A stretch of 58,224 nt of DNA, taken from positions 1 through 58,224 of the IMG/VR virus record IMGVR_UViG_3300036761_003285; one strand, written 5' to 3'. Below the pieces are notes generated by a model. The model saw only the letters and a program-made list of their open reading frames with translations. It ran no database searches and was not told the origin of the DNA. Below are positions 8,858 to 17,926 of the stretch, one piece after another. The DNA comes from a virus (lineage: Duplodnaviria > Caudoviricetes). Both the position numbers and the translations under genes were made by a program. Numbering within the stretch: position 1 is the first letter of the stretch; the number at the start of each line of letters is the position of its first letter.

Positions 8858-10005
8858 TAATTGCTGATACTGTAGATGTTCAGGTGGGTGGCAACACTGT
8901 GAATTTTCAAAAGGTGGGTTCGCTTTCCGTTCGAGTATTCGAATCGATCTATGGCAAGTCTCAGTATCATCTTCGCTTTATGGACAGGGATGCGTCGCGG
9001 TGGAACAAGATCGCACAACAGACCGATATCTTAGTGAATATACGAATAGGTGCTGTTACGAACGTTGACACAAAGGGATTTTGGTCGAAGTGGAAGGAAG
9101 CAAGAGTTACAGGGTTGAAGCTTGTGTCGACCGCGGACAAGATTGATGTGACAATCACTGCCGAAGACGAGTTTTTTGACTTCAAAAGAAGGGCCACTCA
9201 GCGAGTCTTCATCAAGAAGTCCATTTCGGAGATGATCGAAGCTATTGCCAAAGAATACATTCTTGATACTGACCTGATTGAGACCACTGACAAGTATACA
9301 CTTCGGCAGGGATGGATGACTGATTTTGAGTTTCTTACCGAAGAGTTGCTTCCTCGAGCGCGGGCAAAGAATCCTGAGGAAGTTTTTCTTCTTTACATCA
9401 GACAGGATAGCCCCCCAAAGTTGGTTTTTACTTCGCTGGATAAGCAATCGCGGTCAGGAGAACCAAAGCTGAAGTTTCGTTGGGAGCCCACCGGGGCGTC
9501 GAAATCCGAGTTTGATCCTCTTGGCAGAGCATTCATCACTGAGTATACATCTACAACTAAGTTGGATCCCTCCAACTTCGGGACGAAAACAGTGACATTT
9601 GATGTGAATAAAGCCCAGGGTGTTCCTTACATGGTTTCCTTTCTTGCGAATGATAGTACTTACAACTATCCACTACTCGGAGCAACAAAACCTGACCCGG
9701 TATCGCCCCTGCCCGCAAAAGTGCAGAGCATCTTAATGGACGCTCTCGATCTTGACTTTCCAACTGAGCTCAAGACACGAACAGATTGGAAGTTGCGAAT
9801 GAATGAGCGGGTAGCAATTTCAACTCTACTTCTTCATGCCGCACAGATTGGTGAGATAGCCGAGATTGACGCAAAGGTTGTAGGCGGGCAGAAGCTTTTC
9901 AGCTCAGGAAGATATCTGATCTACGCGCTGTATCATATCATTTCTGGTAGAGGTTCGAAAACACTGACATTCTTGGAGCGTCGTGGTACTGTAAAGGGAA
10001 AATAA
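8854..10005 (+). CDS. Baseplate hub protein (gp27/P2 gpD-like)
   Basis: SISEMIEAIAKEY, LRQGWMTDFEFL, SGRYLIYALYH motifs; follows LysM gene. Confidence 0.75.
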   Translation: MIIADTVDVQVGGNTVNFQKVGSLSVRVFESIYGKSQYHLRFMDRDASRWNKIAQQTDILVNIRIGAVTNVDTKGFWSKWKEARVTGLKLVSTADKIDVTITAEDEFFDFKRRATQRVFIKKSISEMIEAIAKEYILDTDLIETTDKYTLRQGWMTDFEFLTEELLPRARAKNPEEVFLLYIRQDSPPKLVFTSLDKQSRSGEPKLKFRWEPTGASKSEFDPLGRAFITEYTSTTKLDPSNFGTKTVTFDVNKAQGVPYMVSFLANDSTYNYPLLGATKPDPVSPLPAKVQSILMDALDLDFPTELKTRTDWKLRMNERVAISTLLLHAAQIGEIAEIDAKVVGGQKLFSSGRYLIYALYHIISGRGSKTLTFLERRGTVKGK

Positions 10006-10646
10006 TGACCCCACAACAATTTCTACAACTACTCAGACAAAGGAAAGTCAAGTACAAGGTGGTTGATCGTTATGTAGATGTAGAAGGTGACTGTAACATA
10101 GGTGGTCTAGGTCTAGTTGAGATTCCCGTACAGTTTCGTGTAGTTACAGGAAATTTCCACTGTGACCACAACCAACTCACGTCACTAGAAGGAGCTCCTG
10201 TTAGTGTGGGTGGTCGTTTCCACTGTGACCACAACCAACTCACGTCACTCGAAGGAGCTCCTGTTAGTGTAGGTGGAGATTTCTACTGTTATTCCAACCA
10301 ACTCACGTCACTTCGTCGCGGTCCTCGAGATGTAGGTGGAGATTTCTACTGTTATTCCAACCAACTCACGTCACTCGAAGGAGCTCCTGTTAGTGTAGGT
10401 GGTATTTTCTACTGTCACCACAACCTCCTCACGTCACTTCGTCGCGGCCCTCGAGATGTAGGTGGTCGTTTCCACTGTGACCACAACCAACTCACGTCAC
10501 TAGAAGGAGCTCCTGTTAGTGTAGGTGGTGGTTTCTACTGTGACCACAACTCCGTCGAATTCACGGAAGCTGATATCAAACGAGCCATGGAACAGAGTAG
10601 ACATAGTAGTGTTGAAAGTGTGATAGATGGGCTGGTGGGGTGTTGA
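10005..10646 (+). CDS. Leucine-rich repeat protein, copy 2 (complete)
   Basis: Unique N-terminus (VDVEGDCNI...IPVQF), six full 21-aa units plus one partial, same C-terminal tail as copy 1; TAATG coupling to hub gene. Confidence 0.92.
   Translation: MTPQQFLQLLRQRKVKYKVVDRYVDVEGDCNIGGLGLVEIPVQFRVVTGNFHCDHNQLTSLEGAPVSVGGRFHCDHNQLTSLEGAPVSVGGDFYCYSNQLTSLRRGPRDVGGDFYCYSNQLTSLEGAPVSVGGIFYCHHNLLTSLRRGPRDVGGRFHCDHNQLTSLEGAPVSVGGGFYCDHNSVEFTEADIKRAMEQSRHSSVESVIDGLVGC
10182..10640 (+). repeat. 63-bp tandem array plus dispersed direct repeat of 514-648
   Basis: Units at 10182, 10245, 10308, 10371, 10434, 10497; 10506-10640 matches 514-648 with one mismatch. Confidence 0.95.
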
Positions 10647-10648
10647 GT

Positions 10649-13045
10649 ATGGATTTGTATTCACTACTTCCGGCTGTCATCAGATTCAAAGACTCGCTCA
10701 CTAAGGGAAGTGTCGGTGAGGGCGTCGTTGAGCGAATCATCTACATGATGGAGCAGGAAGGAGAAACAACAGGAGATCTCATAGCGGGGTTACTTGATCA
10801 GATCAATCCTGATGAATGCGATGCAAAGTTCTTGATCTACATCTCGTTGACCCTCGGGTTTGCCGTTTCAGAGAATGCCGGTCAACCTCCGTCTGAAGAC
10901 TTTGCCCGTTGGTTTACAAAGAATCTCGTCAATTTCTACAAGATACGCGGGCGTCCGTTCTCATGGAAGAAGCAGTGGCAGTACTTAGAGACTGGTGGTG
11001 ACAGATATCTTGAGGCCTGGGAGCTGTGGAAGGACATTCCATACGAGAGGGGTCACTACTATAGGTACGGCGGCGGGGATGCGTACTATGGGCTACTTCA
11101 TGCTGCCCGTGTAGATCTCTTTAGAGAGATCAGCGGCATCAAAGAGTTCCTGCCTGTTCTCGAAGCCATGGGTCACATGCCTACTATTGAGTGGGTTCGG
11201 CCGATCCATGTTCTGCTTCGGATGAACTACTTCACTCCTGATTTCTACGAGACCGCCGAGTTGATCTCGGATGACAATCGTGATTTTGAAGCGCTTTACC
11301 AGCCCGCAGATCAGTTGTTGAATCCATCAGATGAGTTGGACATCATCATTTCCTGTCTTGCCTCGTGTGAAACAGTGTGTGAGTCCGGGCAAGAAACAGG
11401 CTGCCTGACTTCATGCGAAGCTGATTGTGAACCGATGTACGAAGCAGCCGGCCCGCCCGGCCCGCCCGGACCCCCGGGCCCGCCAGGAGGACCCGGAGCT
11501 GATGGGTGCGACGCATGCGTTCAAGGTGTGGTCTTCCCATCAGATTCAGGAGGGAAGATTGTTATTGTACTTTTCGACTACTTTGAATGCTGGGAAGTGG
11601 GAGAGTTGATCTGCGTTGAGATTCTTGATAAGCCATCTGGTCCTGTCCCGCCCACTGCTCCAAACCTCTTTAAGTTCGAGACAACCATAACCCAGATTGA
11701 GCACTACGGCGGTGTTCTGGCAAAGATTCATCTGGACAAGTTCCAGGCAGGCACAGGCATCAAGACTGATGATTATGCGATTGTGTGCCATGGAGCGTGT
11801 TCTTGTGACGCTTGTGAAACGCAAACAACCTTTGACGCGTCCACAGGAGCTCAGCTAATCACGTTCGAAACTCACAATCCATACTGCTGGCGGAAAGATG
11901 AGCCTGTCTGTGTCTATGTTCCTGATCCTACGTGGAGATATGTCAGTACAGGCAATGTAACACAGAAGCCTACTTTCAATCTGTCAAAAAAGAAGTGGTA
12001 CGTTGAGCTTTCCGTTCAGAAGCCGCCCATTGCCAGCGGAACGATCAATCTGAAGATCGTTATCTGCCATGGAGGGTGCCCTTACACAGGACCTACCGGA
12101 CCTCGTGGTCCTACAGGACCAGCCGGGAGACCCACTGGTTTTACTGGTCCTCAGGGTCCTACAGGACCAGCAGGAGGCGGTACCGGAGGAGGCCCCACAG
12201 GACCAACCGGAGAAACTGGTTGTGACGCGTGTGTCATTGCGACGTATCTCGGAGTGGATGGTTCAGGCAGGATCAAATTCACTGTTCCTGATGATGAGCG
12301 ATGTTGGACTGTGGGAGAAGATGTTTGTGTTTCAAACATCATTCCAACGGGCGGTTCTGAACCGCCAAAGAGATTCACTGGTGTAGTGATTGACAAAGGC
12401 GCTGGATACATCACTACGGACATGCTGAATAGCAATGTGTTCATGGATTGGCAGACAAATGAGAAAGCTACAATCTGTCACGGCCCTTGCGCTTGTGATG
12501 CATGTGAAATCGTTACTGATTATGAGACTGAAAGTGCGGGGAAGTGGCTCAAGTTTTATACACTTCACTACCGGTGCTGGAAGGTAGGAGAATCTGTTTG
12601 TGCAAGTGTGATTTCGTGGAATTACCAATCAGATGGTACGATTGCGTCAGTGACAAGATTGCCCAGCCTAAATTGGGAAGTAAAGATTGATCTGGATCTT
12701 GATCCTGCTCATACTGGTTCCTACATCGGCATTGTGACTGAGATTTGTCATGGGAGTTGTGCTCCTACTGGCCCTACTGGCCCTACTGGTGCAGGTTTTA
12801 CTGGTCCTCGTGGTCCCACCGGTCCTGCGGGAAGTGGTACCGGAGGAGGTGGTCCCGGTACTTGTCCTGCTTGCTCTACATATCCACCTCCGGGAACTAT
12901 GAAAGTGCTCTGGCAGACAACAGGGGGGAGTTATCAAACCTCGAAGCCAACGCTCAAGGCTGGGGCGTTCTGGGAAACGACCTTGTATTGTTCTAATAAC
13001 CAGTACTGTTTGGTAAACGATCAAGTTTGTCTGCCACTGACCTGA
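10649..13045 (+). CDS. Baseplate wedge/tail protein I (gp7/P2 gpI-like) fused to Cys-rich collagen-like fibre
   Basis: MDLYSLLP, INPDECDAKFL, FYKIRG, RPIHV in the N-domain; then CxxxC repeats, (GPP)n and (GPT)n tracts, four CDAC...CW...C...CHGxC domains. Confidence 0.8.
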   Translation: MDLYSLLPAVIRFKDSLTKGSVGEGVVERIIYMMEQEGETTGDLIAGLLDQINPDECDAKFLIYISLTLGFAVSENAGQPPSEDFARWFTKNLVNFYKIRGRPFSWKKQWQYLETGGDRYLEAWELWKDIPYERGHYYRYGGGDAYYGLLHAARVDLFREISGIKEFLPVLEAMGHMPTIEWVRPIHVLLRMNYFTPDFYETAELISDDNRDFEALYQPADQLLNPSDELDIIISCLASCETVCESGQETGCLTSCEADCEPMYEAAGPPGPPGPPGPPGGPGADGCDACVQGVVFPSDSGGKIVIVLFDYFECWEVGELICVEILDKPSGPVPPTAPNLFKFETTITQIEHYGGVLAKIHLDKFQAGTGIKTDDYAIVCHGACSCDACETQTTFDASTGAQLITFETHNPYCWRKDEPVCVYVPDPTWRYVSTGNVTQKPTFNLSKKKWYVELSVQKPPIASGTINLKIVICHGGCPYTGPTGPRGPTGPAGRPTGFTGPQGPTGPAGGGTGGGPTGPTGETGCDACVIATYLGVDGSGRIKFTVPDDERCWTVGEDVCVSNIIPTGGSEPPKRFTGVVIDKGAGYITTDMLNSNVFMDWQTNEKATICHGPCACDACEIVTDYETESAGKWLKFYTLHYRCWKVGESVCASVISWNYQSDGTIASVTRLPSLNWEVKIDLDLDPAHTGSYIGIVTEICHGSCAPTGPTGPTGAGFTGPRGPTGPAGSGTGGGGPGTCPACSTYPPPGTMKVLWQTTGGSYQTSKPTLKAGAFWETTLYCSNNQYCLVNDQVCLPLT

Positions 13046-13047
13046 GT

Positions 13048-14439
13048 ATGTCTTCTCCTTGTGATATTGCTACAAAGATGGGACTTGCCAAGGAAGCGAT
13101 TGACGGCCTTGTTAGTCGCTGTTTCACCGGAGTAACTCCCCCAGCAAAAGTTCCTACAGTTTGGTCTGACATGTGTGGTGACACGAGCGTCAGTCTGGCT
13201 CGCCAGATGTATGTGGATGTCGTGGCCCTGGTGGCAAGAACAGATAACACAGGCCATTTAACTGGTTGGGTTGATCCCGGAGCTCCTCCTACTTGTATCA
13301 CAGGTGCTTGGCTTGATAGCTTCATTGCTGCAGTCAATGCAGTTCTGTGTGAGTGTTGTCCTGATGGGATGGATGATTGCACAAGCAACTATTCTCCCTC
13401 AAGCACGCTTCAGATCAAGATCTGCTATCGTTCAGTCACGCTTACTTGGGACGGGGAAGCTGATGATTATTGGGTTGAGTACTGTTTTGTCGCTCCTCCG
13501 TATCCTTCGTATCCGTATATCTGCCTTCAGAAAACTGAAATGCCCGGTTCGTGTATAAAGTCAGGGAATAGTGGCTGGATAACTCCAAAAACTTACACAA
13601 TCCCTGCTGATACGGCTTGCAGTCGTTCAGAAAACTGGTGCTTGTACTGGCGTGTTAAGCCGAGATGTTGTGACAGAACGGAGGGAGATCCTTGTCCTAC
13701 TTGGGAGGAGGGGCCTTTTTCTGCAATCCAAAAAATACCTGTTGAAAATGGAAACGAGGGGTTCGCACCAGATGGATATCTTGATTGGTATCCGCCCGGA
13801 TCGAACTGTATTCCTTGCAGCGGAAGTTCAAAGCTTTGCGTGAAGTGGAAAGTTGGTCCTTGTTCTCGGCTTCTCAAACTCTGGGTGCGTCTCTTCACTG
13901 GTGGTGGAGCATGGACGGAAATAGTTCTAGATCAAATTGACGTTACAACGCAGAAGCAAGGGCAATCAGAGTATCCAATCAATCCAGCGTGGTGCACAGG
14001 AGGGGGGCCGTATGTGTCCGCGTGTGTTTTTGGAAAAGTATTCTCGAGCTCAGGAGTTGAGTGTGATATTCGTACTACGTCAACACTTCCTTTTCTGCCT
14101 CCTGGTCCTAGTTGTGCTTCGATGAATGGGTGTCAGGGTACTCATCAGCCATGCACGCCCGGGGCGATTTACCCGCTTACTTCATGGATAGTTATTAACG
14201 GAGGTCCAACCAAGAATCTGACGCCGTGGAAATGTGCGGGAGCGCCCGGCGGAGTACTCTACACGGTCTGGAGAGTAGTTGAGACAGTATACAACAGAAC
14301 TTATGCGTACGGGAATGTCAGTCAAGTTGCCACGCCCGACTGCCCGAACGGATTCCAGCTTATTGATCTTCCACCGTCGTGGACCCCCGAATACTTTACA
14401 TATCCCGGTTATATGAGACTTGAACTCGGTTGTTTCTGA
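13048..14439 (+). CDS. Cys-rich putative fibre/accessory virion protein with Fn3-like segment
   Basis: About 30 Cys; VTLTWDG..DYWVEY...YWRVKP Fn3-like pattern; follows fibre gene. Confidence 0.6.
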   Translation: MSSPCDIATKMGLAKEAIDGLVSRCFTGVTPPAKVPTVWSDMCGDTSVSLARQMYVDVVALVARTDNTGHLTGWVDPGAPPTCITGAWLDSFIAAVNAVLCECCPDGMDDCTSNYSPSSTLQIKICYRSVTLTWDGEADDYWVEYCFVAPPYPSYPYICLQKTEMPGSCIKSGNSGWITPKTYTIPADTACSRSENWCLYWRVKPRCCDRTEGDPCPTWEEGPFSAIQKIPVENGNEGFAPDGYLDWYPPGSNCIPCSGSSKLCVKWKVGPCSRLLKLWVRLFTGGGAWTEIVLDQIDVTTQKQGQSEYPINPAWCTGGGPYVSACVFGKVFSSSGVECDIRTTSTLPFLPPGPSCASMNGCQGTHQPCTPGAIYPLTSWIVINGGPTKNLTPWKCAGAPGGVLYTVWRVVETVYNRTYAYGNVSQVATPDCPNGFQLIDLPPSWTPEYFTYPGYMRLELGCF

Positions 14440-14441
14440 CA

Positions 14442-15311
14442 ATGAAGCTGCTCGAAAACGCCCACATGCCATACGTAGCGGTGATAAGCTCCGTCCCCCA
14501 TCTGTTCTTCTGCAGAGGGAGCAGGAAAACATCCACTTTTGGAGAAAGTACGTATTCATATGTGGACTGGCACATATACTGCGCTCTTCTTAGAGACCCT
14601 TCAATTTCTGTTCAACTCGCGCAAGGGCGTTTTGTTGAACCAGTAATTCAGTGCAACCCCTGTGTGCGCACTGAAGAAGGGCTGGTAAAACTAAGCTTTG
14701 TTTGTTCGGAAGTTCGAAGAAACACACCAACAAATTACTTGCTTTACACTCTGTCGGGCTCTTCTCTTGCTGATCTTAGCAATTTCTCTTTTGTGAACAT
14801 AGGTGCATACAGAATGTTCAACGGCGTGACACTTTCTGGTTGTACTGTTTTCTGCCGTTTGAGTGATATTCGTGTGAATCGAAAGGACGGTGGAGTAGAT
14901 GCGTTTCGAACCAGTTTTGATGAGGTGCTTCGAGTAATTCAAGGACGAAGCTCTTCAGAGATTATTGTCACCGGAAGGTCTGGTGCGGAGTATCGATCAG
15001 TTCTGTTTGATCTCGAAGACTACAAGTGTAAAGGGGAGATTTTTGCCGATCGAAATCCCGTGTACAAATGCTGTATCTATGGTGACAAAGTCTATCACGC
15101 TGTTCGAACAGGAGACTTTGAGGGCCGAGAGATTCACTCAGGGGATTTGTCGATTGAGCCTTGTAACATAACATTCACAGTTTCAGACAATTTGCGAAAT
15201 TCGCAACGTCCAGTTTCCGACAGAGAGATCATGACAAAGATCTTGTCTATGGGCGTGAATAACATGTCTGCTGGAGTTCTCAAAGGTCTCCTTGAAAAGG
15301 AGTTGGTATAA
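14442..15311 (+). CDS. Hypothetical protein (beta-rich)
   Basis: Long ORF coupled to both neighbours. Confidence 0.7.
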   Translation: MKLLENAHMPYVAVISSVPHLFFCRGSRKTSTFGESTYSYVDWHIYCALLRDPSISVQLAQGRFVEPVIQCNPCVRTEEGLVKLSFVCSEVRRNTPTNYLLYTLSGSSLADLSNFSFVNIGAYRMFNGVTLSGCTVFCRLSDIRVNRKDGGVDAFRTSFDEVLRVIQGRSSSEIIVTGRSGAEYRSVLFDLEDYKCKGEIFADRNPVYKCCIYGDKVYHAVRTGDFEGREIHSGDLSIEPCNITFTVSDNLRNSQRPVSDREIMTKILSMGVNNMSAGVLKGLLEKELV

Positions 15312-15754
15312 TGGGTTGTTGTGGAGACAAAGTCCCGAAGGTGCACTCGTTGCAGGCGGTAGTGGTAAACACACCACAAAACTTGATTCCTGTTACCTCT
15401 GTTCCTCCAATCAATCCAGAACTGAGGCTTCAGTTCGAGGCTTTTATTCGAGGTGGTGAGGTCACCCGCCCCTCTTGCAAGAACTGTGCTTGCAAACATC
15501 TTTCCCAGGCTCGCGCAATCATCAGCGAGAAGCAGAAAGCTCCTGAGTACAGACACTACTACTGGTTTGCCATGGGTCACATTGCCGAAGCAGAGGACGA
15601 GCTCGTTCGTTCCTACCCACAGATGGCTGCGGTGATCCGAGCAGAACGACTCAAGCTTGAGCATGACCCAAACTACTTGATATCTTTCGAGAGTCTAGTT
15701 GATGCCGTAACAAGCCTGCCCGACGCACAATTTGGGCCTGCAGAGAAGAAGTGA
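15311..15754 (+). CDS. Hypothetical Cys/His protein
   Basis: MGCCG start; CKNCACKHL and GHIAEAEDE motifs; AGGAG SD. Confidence 0.75.
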   Translation: MGCCGDKVPKVHSLQAVVVNTPQNLIPVTSVPPINPELRLQFEAFIRGGEVTRPSCKNCACKHLSQARAIISEKQKAPEYRHYYWFAMGHIAEAEDELVRSYPQMAAVIRAERLKLEHDPNYLISFESLVDAVTSLPDAQFGPAEKK

Positions 15755-15760
15755 GGGGTA

Positions 15761-17926
15761 ATGGCTTTGTGGTACGAGTGCGGTGCTGGATTTGTAAAAA
15801 CCCAAGTTGCCAGGGCAACAATTGGGGCAGATGTTTACTTGTGTTGCCCCGGGCCCTCTCTTGCCAAAGTCAATGATTTAGATCTTCATATTCCCGGAGT
15901 GGTGGTAGCCGCAATCAACACAGCATATCCAAAGATTAGACCGAATATCTGGTTGGGATTGGATGAACCGCAGTGTTACGACCGTCGCCTGTGGTTTGAG
16001 GGATTTGTGAAGATTACTCGAGGAAATTATAAGTTACTTGAGTGTGAAGGGAAGCCCATCAAAGATCTACCTTTCGTGTTTTTTGCTGACTGTGATTCAC
16101 CGAGTGCTGGAATTCGTGAAGTTGACTACATCCTTCAGCAGCGCGCTCACGATGTGAGGTTTGTTTGGGCGAAGAACACCTTGGTGTTTGCAATTCATGT
16201 TCTTGTGTGGTTAGGGGCTCGAAAGATCCATTTTGTTGGTTGTGATATGGGCGGGAACAAAGACTACTACGATTCTCGCATTCTTTCTGATGAAGAGCGG
16301 GCGAAGAATCAACTGCTCTATACACAGCAAGTTGAGTGGTTGCGTGAGTTTGTCCTGAAAGCCAAGGTTAGTGCAATCGAGTGCGTCAGTTGTACGGAAG
16401 GGTCTCCGTTGAATTCGATTATGCCATTTGTTCAACTAAGTGATGCTCTGAAAGCCTCTCGGAAACAGGCGCCCGAAGAGGCAGGTGAACTGATGCATTC
16501 GTCGAAATCATTTGAAGTTACAGCGACTCGAGAGTGGGCTAATGTTGTTCCTACGATTCCCGAAGCTGTGATGGTGGGAATCTCAAAGGCTGATGAAGAT
16601 CTCATTGATTGGTGGTGGTATTGGTTTTCAAAGACAAACTCTTACCCCGTACAGTTTGTTGATTTTGGCATGTCTGAAGAGGCCAGAAAGAAGTGTCGTT
16701 CTCTTGGTACTGTGATAGATCTCAATGACCCAATCAAAGAAGACGGGCAGCGGGGCTCGCTGAGAAAGCCGTTTGCTGCGCTTCTGACACACGCTGCACG
16801 GACAGTTTTCACAGATATTGATGCCGAGATTCGTGGCAATCTTGTATCTTTGTTCAAGCAAGATCTTGGTCCTCGAAAGTTCGCTGCAGCACAAGATTGG
16901 GCTGCTTCGCTAGCCTATCGAAAGAAAAACCCAAACACGGGACCTGTCATTTGCTCGGGTGTGTTTGTCTTTGATTACGGATCTGAAGTTGTAAAGAAGT
17001 GGGCTGATGCCATTCATACCCAGAAGGCAAAGTACAATGGTGATCAGTTGTATCTCAATGAGCTCTACTACAAGTGCGGCCTGTCAGACATCGTCCTTCT
17101 TGATGGCAAGGTTCATCGAACGCCACAGGAAGGCGATGATCCCGGAGTGTTGATCATGCACTACGGGGGCACGGCAAAGAATGCAGCCAGACGCGCGTGG
17201 GCTGCATTCAATTCAGGAATTCTTAGTGACCTATCCAAGGCCTATGAGTACAACTGGCGCCAGGCTTCGTTCAGTTTCACAAGAGGTGTAATTCTGGGGG
17301 CAGATCAAGCACAGGAGTGGATGCTCGAATGGTGGTGGGAGAACTACGATGCGCATAATACTCTACCTGTTTGCTTTGTTGATTTTGGTATGACCAAAGG
17401 GGCGCTTGATTGGTGCAGGCATCACGGAACAGTTACAGACCCAATTCACTTTGGTGGATACGCATGGTTCAAGAAGCCTTTGGCTACACTTGAAACCGTA
17501 TTTGCGAAAACGATCTGGCTCGATATAGACTGCCAAGTTCTGGGCAATCTTGATCCGCTCTTTGAGTACTGTAAAAGCAACGGTATCGGCATGACAGTGG
17601 ATCGAGGAACACCTGATCGGTACAAGCAGAGGTTGCCTCCCGAGGCAACCATCTACAACAGCGGCTGCATCGTGTACAACTTCAGAGACCCGGTCATGCC
17701 CCAGTGGGCGAAGATGACAGCGATCGTCTACGAGCAGCAGCCCGGGGATCAAGAAACGCTGGCACTGACGCTCAGAAGGTATGCAGTCGGCAGGATTCGT
17801 TCTATACCGAAAGAGCTTGTTCGACTACGCCTCGAAGAAGACGGCCCATGTATTGTGAGGCATTGGACTGGGCCCGTCGGCAAGGACAGAATCAGAGCAA
17901 TGAGTGTACAGGCAGAACTCAGATGA
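15761..17926 (+). CDS. Multidomain glycosyltransferase: Maf/DUF115-like domain plus two GT-A (GT8-like) domains
   Basis: CPGPSL...AIN and GARKIHFVGCD in the N-domain; two WWW...FVDFG...KP...DID...(N/C)SG...DQ...H domains. Confidence 0.75.
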   Translation: MALWYECGAGFVKTQVARATIGADVYLCCPGPSLAKVNDLDLHIPGVVVAAINTAYPKIRPNIWLGLDEPQCYDRRLWFEGFVKITRGNYKLLECEGKPIKDLPFVFFADCDSPSAGIREVDYILQQRAHDVRFVWAKNTLVFAIHVLVWLGARKIHFVGCDMGGNKDYYDSRILSDEERAKNQLLYTQQVEWLREFVLKAKVSAIECVSCTEGSPLNSIMPFVQLSDALKASRKQAPEEAGELMHSSKSFEVTATREWANVVPTIPEAVMVGISKADEDLIDWWWYWFSKTNSYPVQFVDFGMSEEARKKCRSLGTVIDLNDPIKEDGQRGSLRKPFAALLTHAARTVFTDIDAEIRGNLVSLFKQDLGPRKFAAAQDWAASLAYRKKNPNTGPVICSGVFVFDYGSEVVKKWADAIHTQKAKYNGDQLYLNELYYKCGLSDIVLLDGKVHRTPQEGDDPGVLIMHYGGTAKNAARRAWAAFNSGILSDLSKAYEYNWRQASFSFTRGVILGADQAQEWMLEWWWENYDAHNTLPVCFVDFGMTKGALDWCRHHGTVTDPIHFGGYAWFKKPLATLETVFAKTIWLDIDCQVLGNLDPLFEYCKSNGIGMTVDRGTPDRYKQRLPPEATIYNSGCIVYNFRDPVMPQWAKMTAIVYEQQPGDQETLALTLRRYAVGRIRSIPKELVRLRLEEDGPCIVRHWTGPVGKDRIRAMSVQAELR

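Noticed and set aside
3226-10005. Bacterial contractile injection system or tailocin rather than phage
   Set aside because: Linked neck genes, a full replisome, DNA modification genes and many small phage-type ORFs indicate a phage genome.
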